A stretch of 64,000 nt of DNA from Rickettsiales bacterium (lineage in GTDB: Bacteria > Pseudomonadota > Alphaproteobacteria > Rickettsiales > UBA8987), in contig JAHDCD010000001.1 of assembly GCA_020630095.1 (NCBI GenBank), forward strand, positions 133,698 through 197,697, in the 5' to 3' direction. Position 1 is the stretch's first letter. Every line of letters starts with the position of its first letter. The translations under genes and the position numbers were made by a program. Shown one piece after another: positions 1-9,919 of the stretch. The notes beneath the pieces are model-generated. The model saw nothing but the letters and a program-made list of their open reading frames with translations. It had not been told where the DNA came from and did no database searches.

Positions 1-336
1 CGTACGTTGCTTAGCATCAAAACGCGCTGAAAAAGATTGATCAATTATTTTAGCATCTAAAATTGAGATGGGCTTGCCTTGTGAGTGAAAGTTTAGGCCT
101 TCGCGTATTTGGTATTCATCCCATTTATCATTTTTTAAAGTGAAATCTACAACTTGCCCTTTTGCATGAACGCCAGCATCGGTTCTACCGGCTACTGTAG
201 TTTTTGGCTTTTCATTGGTTAACTTGTAAAGAGCATCTTCTAAAATTTCTTGAACAGTTGGTGCATCGTCTTGAATTTGGTAGCCACTTAAGTTAGTGCC
301 ATCGTACTCTAGAGTTATTTTAAACTTACTTGCCAT
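1..336 (-). CDS. truA: tRNA pseudouridine synthase A, 5' part only (gene runs off window start)
   Basis: Own minus-strand translation from ATG (complement of 334-336): MASKFKITLEYDGTNLSGYQ...VAGRTDAGVHAKGQV with catalytic GRTDAGVHA motif. Not in ORF track because no stop lies in the window. Overlaps rnpA stop by 11 nt. Confidence 0.85.
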   Translation of the reverse strand, partial: MASKFKITLEYDGTNLSGYQIQDDAPTVQEILEDALYKLTNEKPKTTVAGRTDAGVHAKGQVVDFTLKNDKWDEYQIREGLNFHSQGKPISILDAKIIDQSFSARFDAKQRT

Positions 337-685
337 TGTTAACTTGATTTAATGCCCATACAAAATCTTTCTTTAGGGCTTCGTACTCTCGATTTAAGGT
401 GTTTGGTGTGGCGATAAAATTATATAAAATGTTTTCTTTTTTATATTTATCAAATACTTCGCTTAATATTGCGCGGTAACGGCGTTTAACTAGGTTCCTG
501 TCAACTGCGCGTTTAGATATTTTCTTAGAAACAGTTAGTCCGTAAAGGGCAGGGCCTTCGTAATTTACGTGAACTAATAGTAATCCCTTAGACTTAATTA
601 ATATGCCTTCTTTCCTTAATCTGCGGAAGTGATGTAGGGATGTTATTGTATTTTTCATTTTCAATGGTCGCACGGGCTTGCCCAA
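326..685 (-). CDS. rnpA: RNase P protein component
   Basis: Basic 119-aa product with KKISKRAVDRNLVKRRYRAIL motif typical of RnpA. True start may be the internal ATG (MKNTITSL, about 658). Confidence 0.8.
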   Translation of the reverse strand: MGKPVRPLKMKNTITSLHHFRRLRKEGILIKSKGLLLVHVNYEGPALYGLTVSKKISKRAVDRNLVKRRYRAILSEVFDKYKKENILYNFIATPNTLNREYEALKKDFVWALNQVNNGK

Positions 686-747
686 GTTGTTCGCTACGCT
701 CCAACCCTTCGGGTGCAGTATGCACTTCTTAGGCCCTTCGCTCCCGA

Positions 748-1668
748 TTATCCTCTAACTTCAACGTAAGTTTCGTTATAAAGTTCGTTCATAAACTTTT
801 CGCCTTCACGTTTCATTTTTTGTAATAGGATTTTTTCCTTAACCTTATTTTTAGTTAAATTTGAAGAAAGATTTTTAACCTCGCCGATTCTAATTAGGCG
901 GTAAGCGTCTAAGTCATTATCATATACTGGACGTGTAGTGGTATTTCTAGCAACGTTGCCAACGATATCTTTTAATTTTTTACTTAAACGTTCTTCGTTA
1001 ATAAACCCTAGACGGCCACCTTTTGGAGCGGTAGGGCTTTCAGAAAATTCTTTAGCAATTCTCATGAATTTTGTAGAAGTATCGGCTTTTTTATATAATT
1101 CGTTTACGATTAATTTTGTGTCTTCCTTAGTGCCAGATACTGTAATAAGTATTTCAAATACTTCGATTTCTCTACCTGTTATCTCGCTTTTTAATTCGTT
1201 ATATCTAGCGTTAACTTCATCATCAGATACGCTTACTAAAGGGCGAACTTTTGCCGCTAGAATTTTTTGCCATAAAACTTGAGCGCGTAAATTATCTAAT
1301 GTTGCAGCTAGTGATACGTTTTCTTTAACTAATGTTTCAGCAAACTCTTGGGGAGTTTTTCTGTTCATTTTTGCTAATTCAGCAAAGGCATTATTAACTT
1401 CTGCATCTTTTATAGAAACATTAAATTGATTAGCGAATTTCTTTTGTAACTTCTCATTAATTAGGTTTTGTAAGGCTTTATCGGCAATTTCTTGTCTGGC
1501 ACTTAAAGTATCCGGTTTGCCAGAAGACTTAACCATAAGCTCTATTCTTTTATCAAGAGTGGCAGAAGATATTGCCTCTTCACCCACCTTGGCAACAATA
1601 TCTGCTGTGCCTGCGTAAACGCTTAGGCTTAAAAATAAAATAGAAATTGATGTTAATGTTTTAATCAT
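748..1668 (-). CDS. periplasmic SurA/PpiC-type peptidyl-prolyl isomerase chaperone
   Basis: Signal peptide (LFLSLSVYAG), SurA-N-like helical region, parvulin-like segment AKEFSESPTAPKGGRLGFI. Confidence 0.7.
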   Translation of the reverse strand: MIKTLTSISILFLSLSVYAGTADIVAKVGEEAISSATLDKRIELMVKSSGKPDTLSARQEIADKALQNLINEKLQKKFANQFNVSIKDAEVNNAFAELAKMNRKTPQEFAETLVKENVSLAATLDNLRAQVLWQKILAAKVRPLVSVSDDEVNARYNELKSEITGREIEVFEILITVSGTKEDTKLIVNELYKKADTSTKFMRIAKEFSESPTAPKGGRLGFINEERLSKKLKDIVGNVARNTTTRPVYDNDLDAYRLIRIGEVKNLSSNLTKNKVKEKILLQKMKREGEKFMNELYNETYVEVRG

Positions 1669-1742
1669 GGTTTTTGTTTAAATCGTACTTGACTTATTAC
1701 TTGTTTTAGTGCTATATACCTTCTCAATTTATTGAGGTCAAC

Positions 1743-2042
1743 ATGTCAAGAATTTGCGATTTAACAGATAAGAAAGCACAAAGCGGTAACAACGTATCGC
1801 ACTCTAACCGTAAGTCTAGAAGAAAATTTAAAGTTAACTTACATAGAGTTAGCTTATTTTCAGAAGCTTTAGGCGCACGCGTGCCATTAAAACTTGCTGC
1901 ATCTACGTTAAGAACCATTGACTTCAAAGGCGGTCTAGATAGTTTCTTAGTTAACACTAAAAATAACAAACTGTCGGGCAATGCAATCAAGCTTAAAAAG
2001 AAAATTCAAAAAGCAATCACTGAAAAAGAAGTTACTAACTAG
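1743..2042 (+). CDS. rpmB: 50S ribosomal protein L28
   Basis: MSRICDLTDKKAQSGNNVSHSNRKSRRKFKVNL is a canonical L28 N-terminus. Confidence 0.92.
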   Translation: MSRICDLTDKKAQSGNNVSHSNRKSRRKFKVNLHRVSLFSEALGARVPLKLAASTLRTIDFKGGLDSFLVNTKNNKLSGNAIKLKKKIQKAITEKEVTN

Positions 2043-2517
2043 TCTTCTTTCTATTTTTATTTTATCTAGTTTTTCTAGCGCTAATGCGGAAGAGTCTAAT
2101 TATGCCAATATGAAGGCATCTGAGGCTAATTTGCGTGTTGGGCCGGGGTTACAATATGACGTTTATTTTAAGTTATCTAAGGCTGATGTTCCGCTTAAAG
2201 TAGTGGATGAATTTGAGCACTGGCGCAAAGTTGAAGATTTTGACGGCGACCAAGGTTGGGTTCATAAAGCGCTTTTAAATAAGAAAAGAACTGGTGTAAT
2301 TACTAATGTTGGTACAACAACCCCATACGTAAGTATTTATGAAGAGCCGTTATTTGATGCTGAAATTTTAGCTAATCTGGAATCTGGTGTGATTATTTCA
2401 ATTGAAGAATGTGCTGAGAGCTTTTGTTTAATTTCAAAAGAGCATGATGATAATATCTATCAAGGTTGGTTACCAAAATCTAATATTTGGGGTGTGGATA
2501 CTGCTGAAGTATTTTAG
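1981..2517 (+). CDS. secreted bacterial SH3-domain protein
   Basis: Signal peptide ending SSANA. ANLRVGPG...WRKVEDFDGDQGWVHKALL resembles SH3b domains. Annotated start overlaps rpmB, so the true start is uncertain. Confidence 0.6.
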   Translation: MQSSLKRKFKKQSLKKKLLTSLLSIFILSSFSSANAEESNYANMKASEANLRVGPGLQYDVYFKLSKADVPLKVVDEFEHWRKVEDFDGDQGWVHKALLNKKRTGVITNVGTTTPYVSIYEEPLFDAEILANLESGVIISIEECAESFCLISKEHDDNIYQGWLPKSNIWGVDTAEVF

Positions 2518-2518
2518 T

Positions 2519-5500
2519 TTATCCAACTTCTAAAGTTTGATCTTGAGTCTCTACTCTAGCTGGTAGATCGCCATATTTTTCTTGAATTTCTTTTCCATTA
2601 TATGATGCGGCGAACCCTTTCCCTGTTTTTGTGTCTTCTGGGGAAATAACGGTTTCTACTTTTGCTTTATTGCCAACTATTGGCTGAGCGATAACAACCA
2701 TTTTTCCGTTCTCTTGAGTTTCTATCGGGTAAACGACTTTATGTTGTTCGGCTAAATCTTCATTAACTGTAAATGTTATAGATCCATCTTCATTTAAATT
2801 AACATGATCAGGGTGATAAAACACCACGGCATCCCCTGTAGGCTCTATTTTGCCATTTTTTCTGGCGCAAACATATTTAGTTTCACTATCTCGACTTTTA
2901 TCGGAGTTGTATTCTTTTATTGCATCCGCTTTTTGTTGTGTATTTGTGTTATCTTTAATACCAATTTTATCGCCTAAAGAGGTGCTTTTATATGTATCTG
3001 GCGCAGATGCTACAGGAGTTGGTGCATCTCTTCCTTCTTGTTCATTGCCCTCGATTGCGGATTCAATTGTATTTGGTGCGTTAAGCTCCTTGTCTGTTTC
3101 GGGTTCTTCTTCAATAGAATTATTTTTGCTAAGAATTTGCTCTCTATTTATACCTAGCTTCTTGGCTAATTTACTTTGAAGCTTTTCTAAAATATCTGGT
3201 TCGTAGATAGTTTCTTCCAATTTATTATCTAGGAAAGTATATGCTAATTCTTTTGATTCGTCCTCATTCTTACCTAGTTCTTTATATGTATTTACTAAGC
3301 TATCGAAGTTGTTTTTAAGATTTTCGTTAACTACCCTTAAGGCAATTTCATCTATTTTTTCTTCAAATCGTTCAATTCTTTCATCAAGTTGCCTTTTTTT
3401 ATCGTCTAAACTTGTCCAACCCCATTGAGTTGTTCCATGTAAGCTTTCTCTGCCTTTATCGGCTATTTTTTCTTTTATATCGTCTTTTCTTGCTTCAAGT
3501 TTTATTACTTTTTCTTCAAGCCTATTGGATTTTTTTTCTATATGTTTTTCTAATTTCTTTTGCGTTTTCTTTATCTCTTCTAAGGTGTCAACTGTGGTAT
3601 CAACTAATTTTTTAATGCCACCACCTTCACCGCGTAGGGTATCAAACTTGCCTTCTGTAAAGAAGTCATCTAATACGTCGCGAGTTGTATCGGCTTCTTG
3701 TGCTGTAGATATAACTTGTAAAACTTCTTTATAATCTTCTTCAAGTTCAGCTTGATCAATTCCAGAGTGAGATACTATATTTTCTAAAGTGTCCTTTGCG
3801 TATTGAATTGATTCTTCGGTATAGTTTTCGGCAACAAATTGGCTCTGTTCTAAATAGATACCTAGTGCGATGATATTCTTTTTATTACCATCTATTGCGC
3901 CTTTTCTTAATGGGCCGTCTTTAAATGTTCCGTTAAGTAGGTCGGACATTTGTTTATGAACGCCTATGTGAATTTTATTGCTTACCTTGAAGTCATAGTT
4001 ATTTTCATCCCAAGATCTTTCTAGCTTAATGCTTCTTGGGTAATATTCTCTTTCAGGCTCGTTATCTTCTAACTCAAGTTCATCACCGCCATCTATTGCT
4101 GGTGTAATATTTTCTGGATTATCTATAGAGCTTTCTGCTTTATCTAATGTGTCTAGATAAGGAGTTTCTTTATCTATAAATTTATTAAGTACTTTAGACC
4201 CAAGTTGAGTAAGTGCTGGAGCGGATAGGGTAAAGGCGCTGTAAGCGGCTAATGTTGCTGGGTATATTATAGGTGCTCCAAGTGTAGAACTTACTATACT
4301 TGCAGTTGCGCTGGTAAGTCCAAGTAGAGCTAGAGCTTCTCTTGGGGCTGTTTTAGGTCCCCATATTTTCGTTACGGCTATATCTATAGCTCTTTTTGTT
4401 TCGGCAAATCTTTCTTTAGGGCTTTTTCTATGAACATTCTCAGCAGTTAGTGTATCAACGTCTATATCCTCTGCATCTGCTGGAGTAGTTTCTTCTGTAG
4501 GTATCCCTGTAGTTTCGTTTGAATTTGCTTCAAGAGATTTGGAGGGTTTTCTTTTTTGACTTTCCTCTGGCGCGGGTGCGGGTGGAGCTGTAAGGGGTGT
4601 TATGGGCGCAGTAATAGGTTTTGTTTTTTGGTCGGGTAACTTCTCTATTTCGTCCTCTGCTTTTATAGCTGCAGGGGTAGCTTGCTCGTTAGCAAGTAGA
4701 TTCTCATTAACAACATTAAGTACCGCCTGAGATAAAGCTAATTCTTGCTCTTTTGATATACCATTTACGCTGAATGCACCAATAGCAGACATTACATCAA
4801 TATATTGAGCTATAGGTTTAAGTAACAATTCTATTTCTTTGGCTTTAGGAACATTATCATCATCAAATAGTTTTAATATTTGATTAGATATATTTTTTAT
4901 TTCTGTCTGTTTACCTGTTACATCTAGTGTTGAGCTTGTTGTAAATATGGTTAGTTCTTTTTTTTCCTCTTCTAATGCAGGCTCTTCTGTAAGAGGTTTA
5001 TCTTTTTTATTAAAAGGATTAAACTTTGAAAAGAAACTAGATTTATTGGGCTTAGTAATTTTATCAGGTTTTTCTGGGGCTTCATCAACTTCAAAAAAAG
5101 ATTTTTTTGGTAAAAACTTCGAAAGATGCTTTCCATCCGCATGATCAAATACGGCTTTTGCTTCTTCAGGAGATACAGTTTTAGGTTTGTTGGGTGATTC
5201 GTATTCAACGATTGGAAACTCACTACTTTTATACCTATCAGATGATAATGGTCTTCCGTCAATAAGGAGTCTATAGCTTTTATCTAATCCTGCTTCATCA
5301 ACGGCTTGATTGTAAAAAATTGATAAAACTTTTGTTAAATCAATATTATCGTTACTTAGTTCAATTATATTTCCAGTTCTATTTTTTAAGTTTTCTTTTA
5401 GCTTAGTTAATGTTTCTTCATATCTAATTCGTTTTGTTTGATCACCTTGGTTGTTTTCAAGGTCATCAGCAGCGATGTAAAACTCTTTTATAGTTTGATT

Positions 5501-5602
5501 AAGGCTAATTGCGTAATATGAAGCATCGCTTTGAGAAATGTCGCTAGAGAATGTAATGATGGTATCATTATATTCTGTTATGTTTGAATTATCTTCTGCC
5601 AT
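2519..5602 (-). CDS. 1027-aa ORFan: acidic, coiled-coil rich, central bilobed hydrophobic segment
   Basis: Long uninterrupted ORF with no family motif recognised. Pro-rich linker (APITPLTAPPAPAP). Paired hydrophobic helices LALLGLTSATASIVSSTLGAPIIYPATLAAYSAFTLSAPAL (about nt 4200-4345). CtrA-type box upstream. Confidence 0.7.
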   Translation of the reverse strand: MAEDNSNITEYNDTIITFSSDISQSDASYYAISLNQTIKEFYIAADDLENNQGDQTKRIRYEETLTKLKENLKNRTGNIIELSNDNIDLTKVLSIFYNQAVDEAGLDKSYRLLIDGRPLSSDRYKSSEFPIVEYESPNKPKTVSPEEAKAVFDHADGKHLSKFLPKKSFFEVDEAPEKPDKITKPNKSSFFSKFNPFNKKDKPLTEEPALEEEKKELTIFTTSSTLDVTGKQTEIKNISNQILKLFDDDNVPKAKEIELLLKPIAQYIDVMSAIGAFSVNGISKEQELALSQAVLNVVNENLLANEQATPAAIKAEDEIEKLPDQKTKPITAPITPLTAPPAPAPEESQKRKPSKSLEANSNETTGIPTEETTPADAEDIDVDTLTAENVHRKSPKERFAETKRAIDIAVTKIWGPKTAPREALALLGLTSATASIVSSTLGAPIIYPATLAAYSAFTLSAPALTQLGSKVLNKFIDKETPYLDTLDKAESSIDNPENITPAIDGGDELELEDNEPEREYYPRSIKLERSWDENNYDFKVSNKIHIGVHKQMSDLLNGTFKDGPLRKGAIDGNKKNIIALGIYLEQSQFVAENYTEESIQYAKDTLENIVSHSGIDQAELEEDYKEVLQVISTAQEADTTRDVLDDFFTEGKFDTLRGEGGGIKKLVDTTVDTLEEIKKTQKKLEKHIEKKSNRLEEKVIKLEARKDDIKEKIADKGRESLHGTTQWGWTSLDDKKRQLDERIERFEEKIDEIALRVVNENLKNNFDSLVNTYKELGKNEDESKELAYTFLDNKLEETIYEPDILEKLQSKLAKKLGINREQILSKNNSIEEEPETDKELNAPNTIESAIEGNEQEGRDAPTPVASAPDTYKSTSLGDKIGIKDNTNTQQKADAIKEYNSDKSRDSETKYVCARKNGKIEPTGDAVVFYHPDHVNLNEDGSITFTVNEDLAEQHKVVYPIETQENGKMVVIAQPIVGNKAKVETVISPEDTKTGKGFAASYNGKEIQEKYGDLPARVETQDQTLEVG

Positions 5603-5636
5603 ATATCACTCAACACTTTAAGTTTAAATGGCAAAG

Positions 5637-5653
5637 GTTAACAAAAGGTTAAC
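5637..5653 (-). promoter_or_regulatory. CtrA-type box, perfect on both strands (GGTTAAC-AAAA-GGTTAAC)
   Basis: Gene orientation: TTAA-CCTTTTG-TTAAC, then 10 nt (ctttgccatt), then TAAACT, then 18 nt to the ATG of 2519..5602. Confidence 0.65.
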
Positions 5654-5686
5654 TTGAAGTAGAAATGTTAACTAAAAATAGGGTTT

Positions 5687-7513
5687 TTAGGCCGCTTCTT
5701 CGCTGTTCTTTTCTTCCTCTGTTGAGTTTTTCTTTTCTAGTAGCTCGCGTGCTTTAAGGCTTAGTTGAACGTTAAGCTCGCGTAGTTGTTTATCGTCAAC
5801 TAGGGCAGGGGCATTCATAAGTAAGTCTTGCGCCTTTTGATTCATAGGGAATGCAATAACTTCGCGGATATTAGGTTCATCACAAAGTAGCATTACAATT
5901 CTGTCGATACCTGGGGCAATACCACCATGTGGAGGAGCGCCAAACTTGAATGCGCGGATCATGCCGCCGAATTTCTCGTCAACAAAGGCTTCGTCGTAGC
6001 CAACAATGCCAAATGCTTTGTACATAATTTCTGGCTTGTGGTTACGAATTGCGCCAGATGAAAGTTCGATTCCGTTACAAACAATATCATACTGGTATGC
6101 TTTTATGGCAAGTAGATCTTCATCTGTTTTTGCGTTTTCTAGCACTTCCATTTCGCCTTGAGGCATTGAGAATGGGTTGTGTGAGAAGTCTATTTTGCCT
6201 TCGTCTTCATTATATTCGAAGTAAGGGAAGTCTACTACCCAGCAGAATTTGAATTCATTTTCATTTATTAAATCTAGGTCGTTCGCAAGTTCAACACGAA
6301 CCTTGCCCGCTAATTCTGCGGCGAAAAGTTCTGCACCAGCGGAGAAGAATACAGCATCGCCTGCGCCAGCGTTAGCTGTTTGCTTAATTTGTTCAATGCG
6401 GTCGGCATCTAAGTTGTTAGCAATAGGGCCTTTGCCATTGCCTTCTTCGTCGAAGTTAATGTAGCCCAAACCTTTTGCGCCGTGGCTTTGTGCGAATTCG
6501 ATTTTCTTATCGAAGAAGCTTCTTGCCTTTGTGCCGCATTTTGGTGCTGGAATTGCACGGACAACTTGCCCCGCTTCAACTGTTTTAGCGAATATGCCGA
6601 AGCCTGAGCCACGGAATATTTCGGATACGTCCGTTATCTCTAAATCGTAGCGTAAATCTGGCTTGTCCGAGCCGTATTTTAGCATTGCATCATCGTATGT
6701 GATGCGTGGGAATGGAGTTGACGTTACTTTTTTATCGGTGAATTTTGTGAATATGTGATTCATTAAATTCTCAGTTATTTCAAATACTTCATCTTGCGTT
6801 ACGAAGCTCATCTCCATATCTAGCTGGTAGAATTCACCAGGGGAGCGGTCTGCTCTAGCGTCTTCATCGCGGAAGCAAGGGGCAATTTGGAAATAGCGGT
6901 CGAAACCTGATACCATTAATAATTGCTTAAATTGCTGAGGGGCTTGCGGTAGTGCGTAGAAATGCCCAGGGTGGACACGGCTTGGCACTAAATAATCACG
7001 TGCGCCTTCTGGCGAGCTTGCTGTTAATATTGGCGTTTGGAATTCGTTAAAATTTGCATCCGTCATGTATCGGCGGATTTCGCTAATTACATTAGACCTT
7101 AGTAATATGTTCTTGTGTAGCTTGTCTTTTCTTAAATCTAAGAAGCGGTATTTTAGGCGCGTAGATTCAGGAAATTCTTTATCTGAATTTACTTCTAGCG
7201 GTAAAACATCTGCCGCAGATTCTAGCGTTATAGATGTTGCTTTAATTTCTATTTCACCAGTTGCTAAATTTTTATTAACGGCTTCATCTGCACGGGCGAT
7301 AACTTCGCCTTCAACTGTAATTACGCTTTCGTAACGGATGTTAATATCTTCCTCGGTTACAATTTGCGTGATGCCGTAATGGTCGCGTAAATCGATGAAG
7401 AAAACGCCGCCATGGTCACGCTTACGGTGAACCCAGCCGGAAAGCTTTACGCTCTCGCCGATATCGGCTTTGTTTAGTTGGTTACAGGTATGTGATCTAT
7501 AAGGATTAGTCAT
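5687..7513 (-). CDS. aspS: aspartate--tRNA ligase
   Basis: 608 aa. Class II motifs [21 protein letters not shown]-like, [13 protein letters not shown]. Confidence 0.95.
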   Translation of the reverse strand: MTNPYRSHTCNQLNKADIGESVKLSGWVHRKRDHGGVFFIDLRDHYGITQIVTEEDINIRYESVITVEGEVIARADEAVNKNLATGEIEIKATSITLESAADVLPLEVNSDKEFPESTRLKYRFLDLRKDKLHKNILLRSNVISEIRRYMTDANFNEFQTPILTASSPEGARDYLVPSRVHPGHFYALPQAPQQFKQLLMVSGFDRYFQIAPCFRDEDARADRSPGEFYQLDMEMSFVTQDEVFEITENLMNHIFTKFTDKKVTSTPFPRITYDDAMLKYGSDKPDLRYDLEITDVSEIFRGSGFGIFAKTVEAGQVVRAIPAPKCGTKARSFFDKKIEFAQSHGAKGLGYINFDEEGNGKGPIANNLDADRIEQIKQTANAGAGDAVFFSAGAELFAAELAGKVRVELANDLDLINENEFKFCWVVDFPYFEYNEDEGKIDFSHNPFSMPQGEMEVLENAKTDEDLLAIKAYQYDIVCNGIELSSGAIRNHKPEIMYKAFGIVGYDEAFVDEKFGGMIRAFKFGAPPHGGIAPGIDRIVMLLCDEPNIREVIAFPMNQKAQDLLMNAPALVDDKQLRELNVQLSLKARELLEKKNSTEEEKNSEEAA

Positions 7514-7598
7514 TGCGGTAATTGTTTACTTATTCATGCGGTTTTATTCAAGAAAAACCTTGCATAAGATGAGATTTTTGTACTATATATGTTGCACT

Positions 7599-8141
7599 AT
7601 GTCTTTAACTATTAAACAGAAAGAAGTTGCAGTTTGGTTAGTTGATAATACTACCCTTACTTTTGAACAAATTGCCGAATTTTGTAATCTACACCCTGTA
7701 GAGGTGCGTGGTATTGCTGATGGTGAGGTTGCAGCTAACTTTATGGGTGCTAACCCTGTTGGGCAAAAAATGATCTCTCTGGAGAATCTTGAAGATGCTC
7801 AAAAGGATAAAAATGTTGCACTTAAATTATTACCTGAGTTTGCGGCATATTTAAAATCTAATGAGAAGAAAACTTCTCGCTATACTCCGATTGCTCGTAG
7901 GCAGGATAAGCCAGATGCAATCTTATGGTTATTAAAGAAATATCCGACTATTAATGATTCGCAAATTTCGAAGTTAATAGGTACTACTAAGAAAACTATT
8001 ACTTCTATTCGTGATAAATCTCATAGTAAGTATCAGCAGTTAAAGCCTAAAGATCCTGTATTATTAGGTCTTTGTGGTCAGTCTGCGCTTAATATTGTTG
8101 CTGAAAAATTAGAAAAAGCGGCTGATAAAGAGTCTGCTTAA
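7599..8141 (+). CDS. trcR: DUF1013 / TrcR-type cell-cycle transcriptional regulator
   Basis: AVWLVDNTTLTFEQIAEFCNLHPVEVRGIADGEVA and RYTPIARRQDKPDAILWLLK match my recollection of the alphaproteobacterial DUF1013 family. Start moved to the ATG at 7599 (track ORF starts at 7536). Confidence 0.65.
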   Translation: MSLTIKQKEVAVWLVDNTTLTFEQIAEFCNLHPVEVRGIADGEVAANFMGANPVGQKMISLENLEDAQKDKNVALKLLPEFAAYLKSNEKKTSRYTPIARRQDKPDAILWLLKKYPTINDSQISKLIGTTKKTITSIRDKSHSKYQQLKPKDPVLLGLCGQSALNIVAEKLEKAADKESA

Positions 8142-8148
8142 TCTATTT

Positions 8149-9291
8149 TTATTCTATAATTTCTGAAATACGTTTTCCGGTGGCTAATGATTGAGTCCAA
8201 CCTAGGAAGCCATTGCCTGAGCAAATGTAAGTATCTTCTTGTAATTGCTTGATAATTGGTTGTCCGTTGGGGGTGAAGGGGCGAAGGCATGCCCATTCTT
8301 CAGATTCATTGATATTGCTCTCTAGTTGTGGAAAAAGTTTAAGAGTTTGTTGTTTTAATAGTTTTATACGGCTTGGAGTGATATCGTAATTAAAGCCATT
8401 AAATTCACCTGTTCCAGCCGCGCGTAGTCGGTTGCCAAGTCTTGTGTAAACAATTTTTGTATCTTCATCCATTAAACTTCCCGAAATGCAGTTTTCATCT
8501 TTAATCGGTACTGTAATGCTATAGCCCTTAGTTGGGTATATGGGTAGTCTAAGCCTAAGTTGTTTTGCTAAATTATAAGAGTTTGCACCTGCGGCGATAA
8601 TGATTTTTTCATTATTATTTGGCTTGGTAATTTTGTACTCAGCATCAAATACAAATTTTACACCTTTCTTTTGTAGTAAAGACTTAAGCTCTGTGCAGAA
8701 AACGCGGGAATTGCCAATTTCATCTTGAGGGTGGTAAATACTACCTGCGATATCTTTTTTAACAGATTTGTTATACTCGTAAAATTCTGATTTATTTAAA
8801 CTTTCGTAATTTACGCCTGCGTTCTTGGAGTAATTTTTGAATTTCTCTAAGTCTTTGACGTTTTTAAATATATGATAAATTCCGCTTTGTTTAAATTCAA
8901 AATCAAATGGGAATTTTTCTTCTTTAAATAGCTCTTTGGTTTCAAAGCCTAGTTTTAAAATTTCTTTTATATTTTGCCTTTTTTTGTAAGGTAAGGCATT
9001 TATTGCATATTTAAATAACCAAGGTAATTGTCCGTTCTTGAAGGATGGGCGAATAAGCAGAGGTGCATCTTCTTTGCCAAGCCAGCTTATGCCTTTTAAT
9101 ATATTACCTAATGATGATATAGGGCCGACATCGCTATATGAAAGCTGACAGCCATTTTGGAAGGTGCATTCGCCAGCAGGGTGCGGTTGCCTGTCAATTA
9201 CTGTTATATTATTATAATTTTTTTTATGGATGAAATACGCGGCAGAAAGTCCAATAATTCCTGAGCCAATTATGGTGATTTTATTATCCAC
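8149..9291 (-). CDS. FAD-dependent oxidoreductase, DadA-like D-amino-acid dehydrogenase
   Basis: N-terminal dinucleotide fold ITIIGSGIIGLSAAYF...VIDR. Overall DadA-like layout. Confidence 0.7.
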   Translation of the reverse strand: MDNKITIIGSGIIGLSAAYFIHKKNYNNITVIDRQPHPAGECTFQNGCQLSYSDVGPISSLGNILKGISWLGKEDAPLLIRPSFKNGQLPWLFKYAINALPYKKRQNIKEILKLGFETKELFKEEKFPFDFEFKQSGIYHIFKNVKDLEKFKNYSKNAGVNYESLNKSEFYEYNKSVKKDIAGSIYHPQDEIGNSRVFCTELKSLLQKKGVKFVFDAEYKITKPNNNEKIIIAAGANSYNLAKQLRLRLPIYPTKGYSITVPIKDENCISGSLMDEDTKIVYTRLGNRLRAAGTGEFNGFNYDITPSRIKLLKQQTLKLFPQLESNINESEEWACLRPFTPNGQPIIKQLQEDTYICSGNGFLGWTQSLATGKRISEIIE

Positions 9292-9330
9292 GGAATAAGG
9301 ATAGGGATTATATAGAATCTAGCAAATAGA

Positions 9331-9843
9331 TTATCTTGTTGGTGTGGTTACTGGTTTAGCTGAAGCGCTTGGAGTTACTGGTTTAGCTTCTGCACTTGGT
9401 ACAGGAGTTGCTCTAGGGGGAACTGGTTCAGCTTGAAAGGGTGTTGCTTTATCTAACTTTACCTTTCCACGCTCGCCTTTTTTTAGTTCTTGTATAGCTA
9501 TTTCATCTAATTCAAGTTGTGCAGGTAATTTAAAAATTGAGTCTTTTTGTCCTGTTTCTTGCTCTCTGGCTGATGCTTGAATTAAAGCTGCTAGACCTGT
9601 TGCTAATTCATCTGCTGATGGCTTTCTTTCTTTGTGTAAAGATTTTAGAGGTTTGTTCTTTTCTTTATCCTCTGTTAATGGAGTTATAGATTCTTGATAT
9701 TTTACTCTATCCATTCGAGATTCTTGATCTCGTGAAAGGACGCCATTACCATAAAAATGGTGTTGTTGTGTTTTATCTTCAGGTTTGTTAAGAAGTTTTT
9801 CTAAAATTTCACTAAAAATATTATTATTTTTATTATCTGCCAT
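9331..9843 (-). CDS. 170-aa ORFan with Pro/Thr-rich repeated C-terminus
   Basis: No recognisable domain. C-terminal PVPPRATPVPSAEAKPVTPSASAKPVTTP. CtrA-type box plus TACAAT 7 nt before the ATG. Confidence 0.55.
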   Translation of the reverse strand: MADNKNNNIFSEILEKLLNKPEDKTQQHHFYGNGVLSRDQESRMDRVKYQESITPLTEDKEKNKPLKSLHKERKPSADELATGLAALIQASAREQETGQKDSIFKLPAQLELDEIAIQELKKGERGKVKLDKATPFQAEPVPPRATPVPSAEAKPVTPSASAKPVTTPTR

Positions 9844-9866
9844 TGATTGAATTGTAGCAGAGAAAG

Positions 9867-9883
9867 TTTAATAAAAAGTTAAC
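9867..9883 (-). promoter_or_regulatory. CtrA-type box
   Basis: Plus strand is perfect: TTAA-TAAAAAG-TTAAC. Gene orientation: TTAA-CTTTTTA-TTAAA, 10 nt, TACAAT, 7 nt, ATG (9843). Confidence 0.6.
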
Positions 9884-9919
9884 GTAATTATATAGGGCCT
9901 TAGTAGTGTAAAGCTTAAA

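Noticed and set aside
686-747. Expected rpmH upstream of rnpA; the GC-rich 62-bp spacer with cgaaggg motifs and a gggcttgccc hairpin (similar to ggggcttgcccc at 50885) as a repeat element
   Set aside because: There is no room for a 44-aa L34 gene, so rpmH must be elsewhere. The similarity between the two small hairpins is too short to call a family.
938-1282. Antisense shadow ORFs throughout the track (for example 938-1282, 12544-13104, 24352-25062, 25623-25871, 26469-26996, 29480-29923, 39214-39561, 47602-47913)
   Set aside because: Each lies wholly inside a longer opposite-strand gene with clear family motifs. Their products are low-complexity with no motifs.
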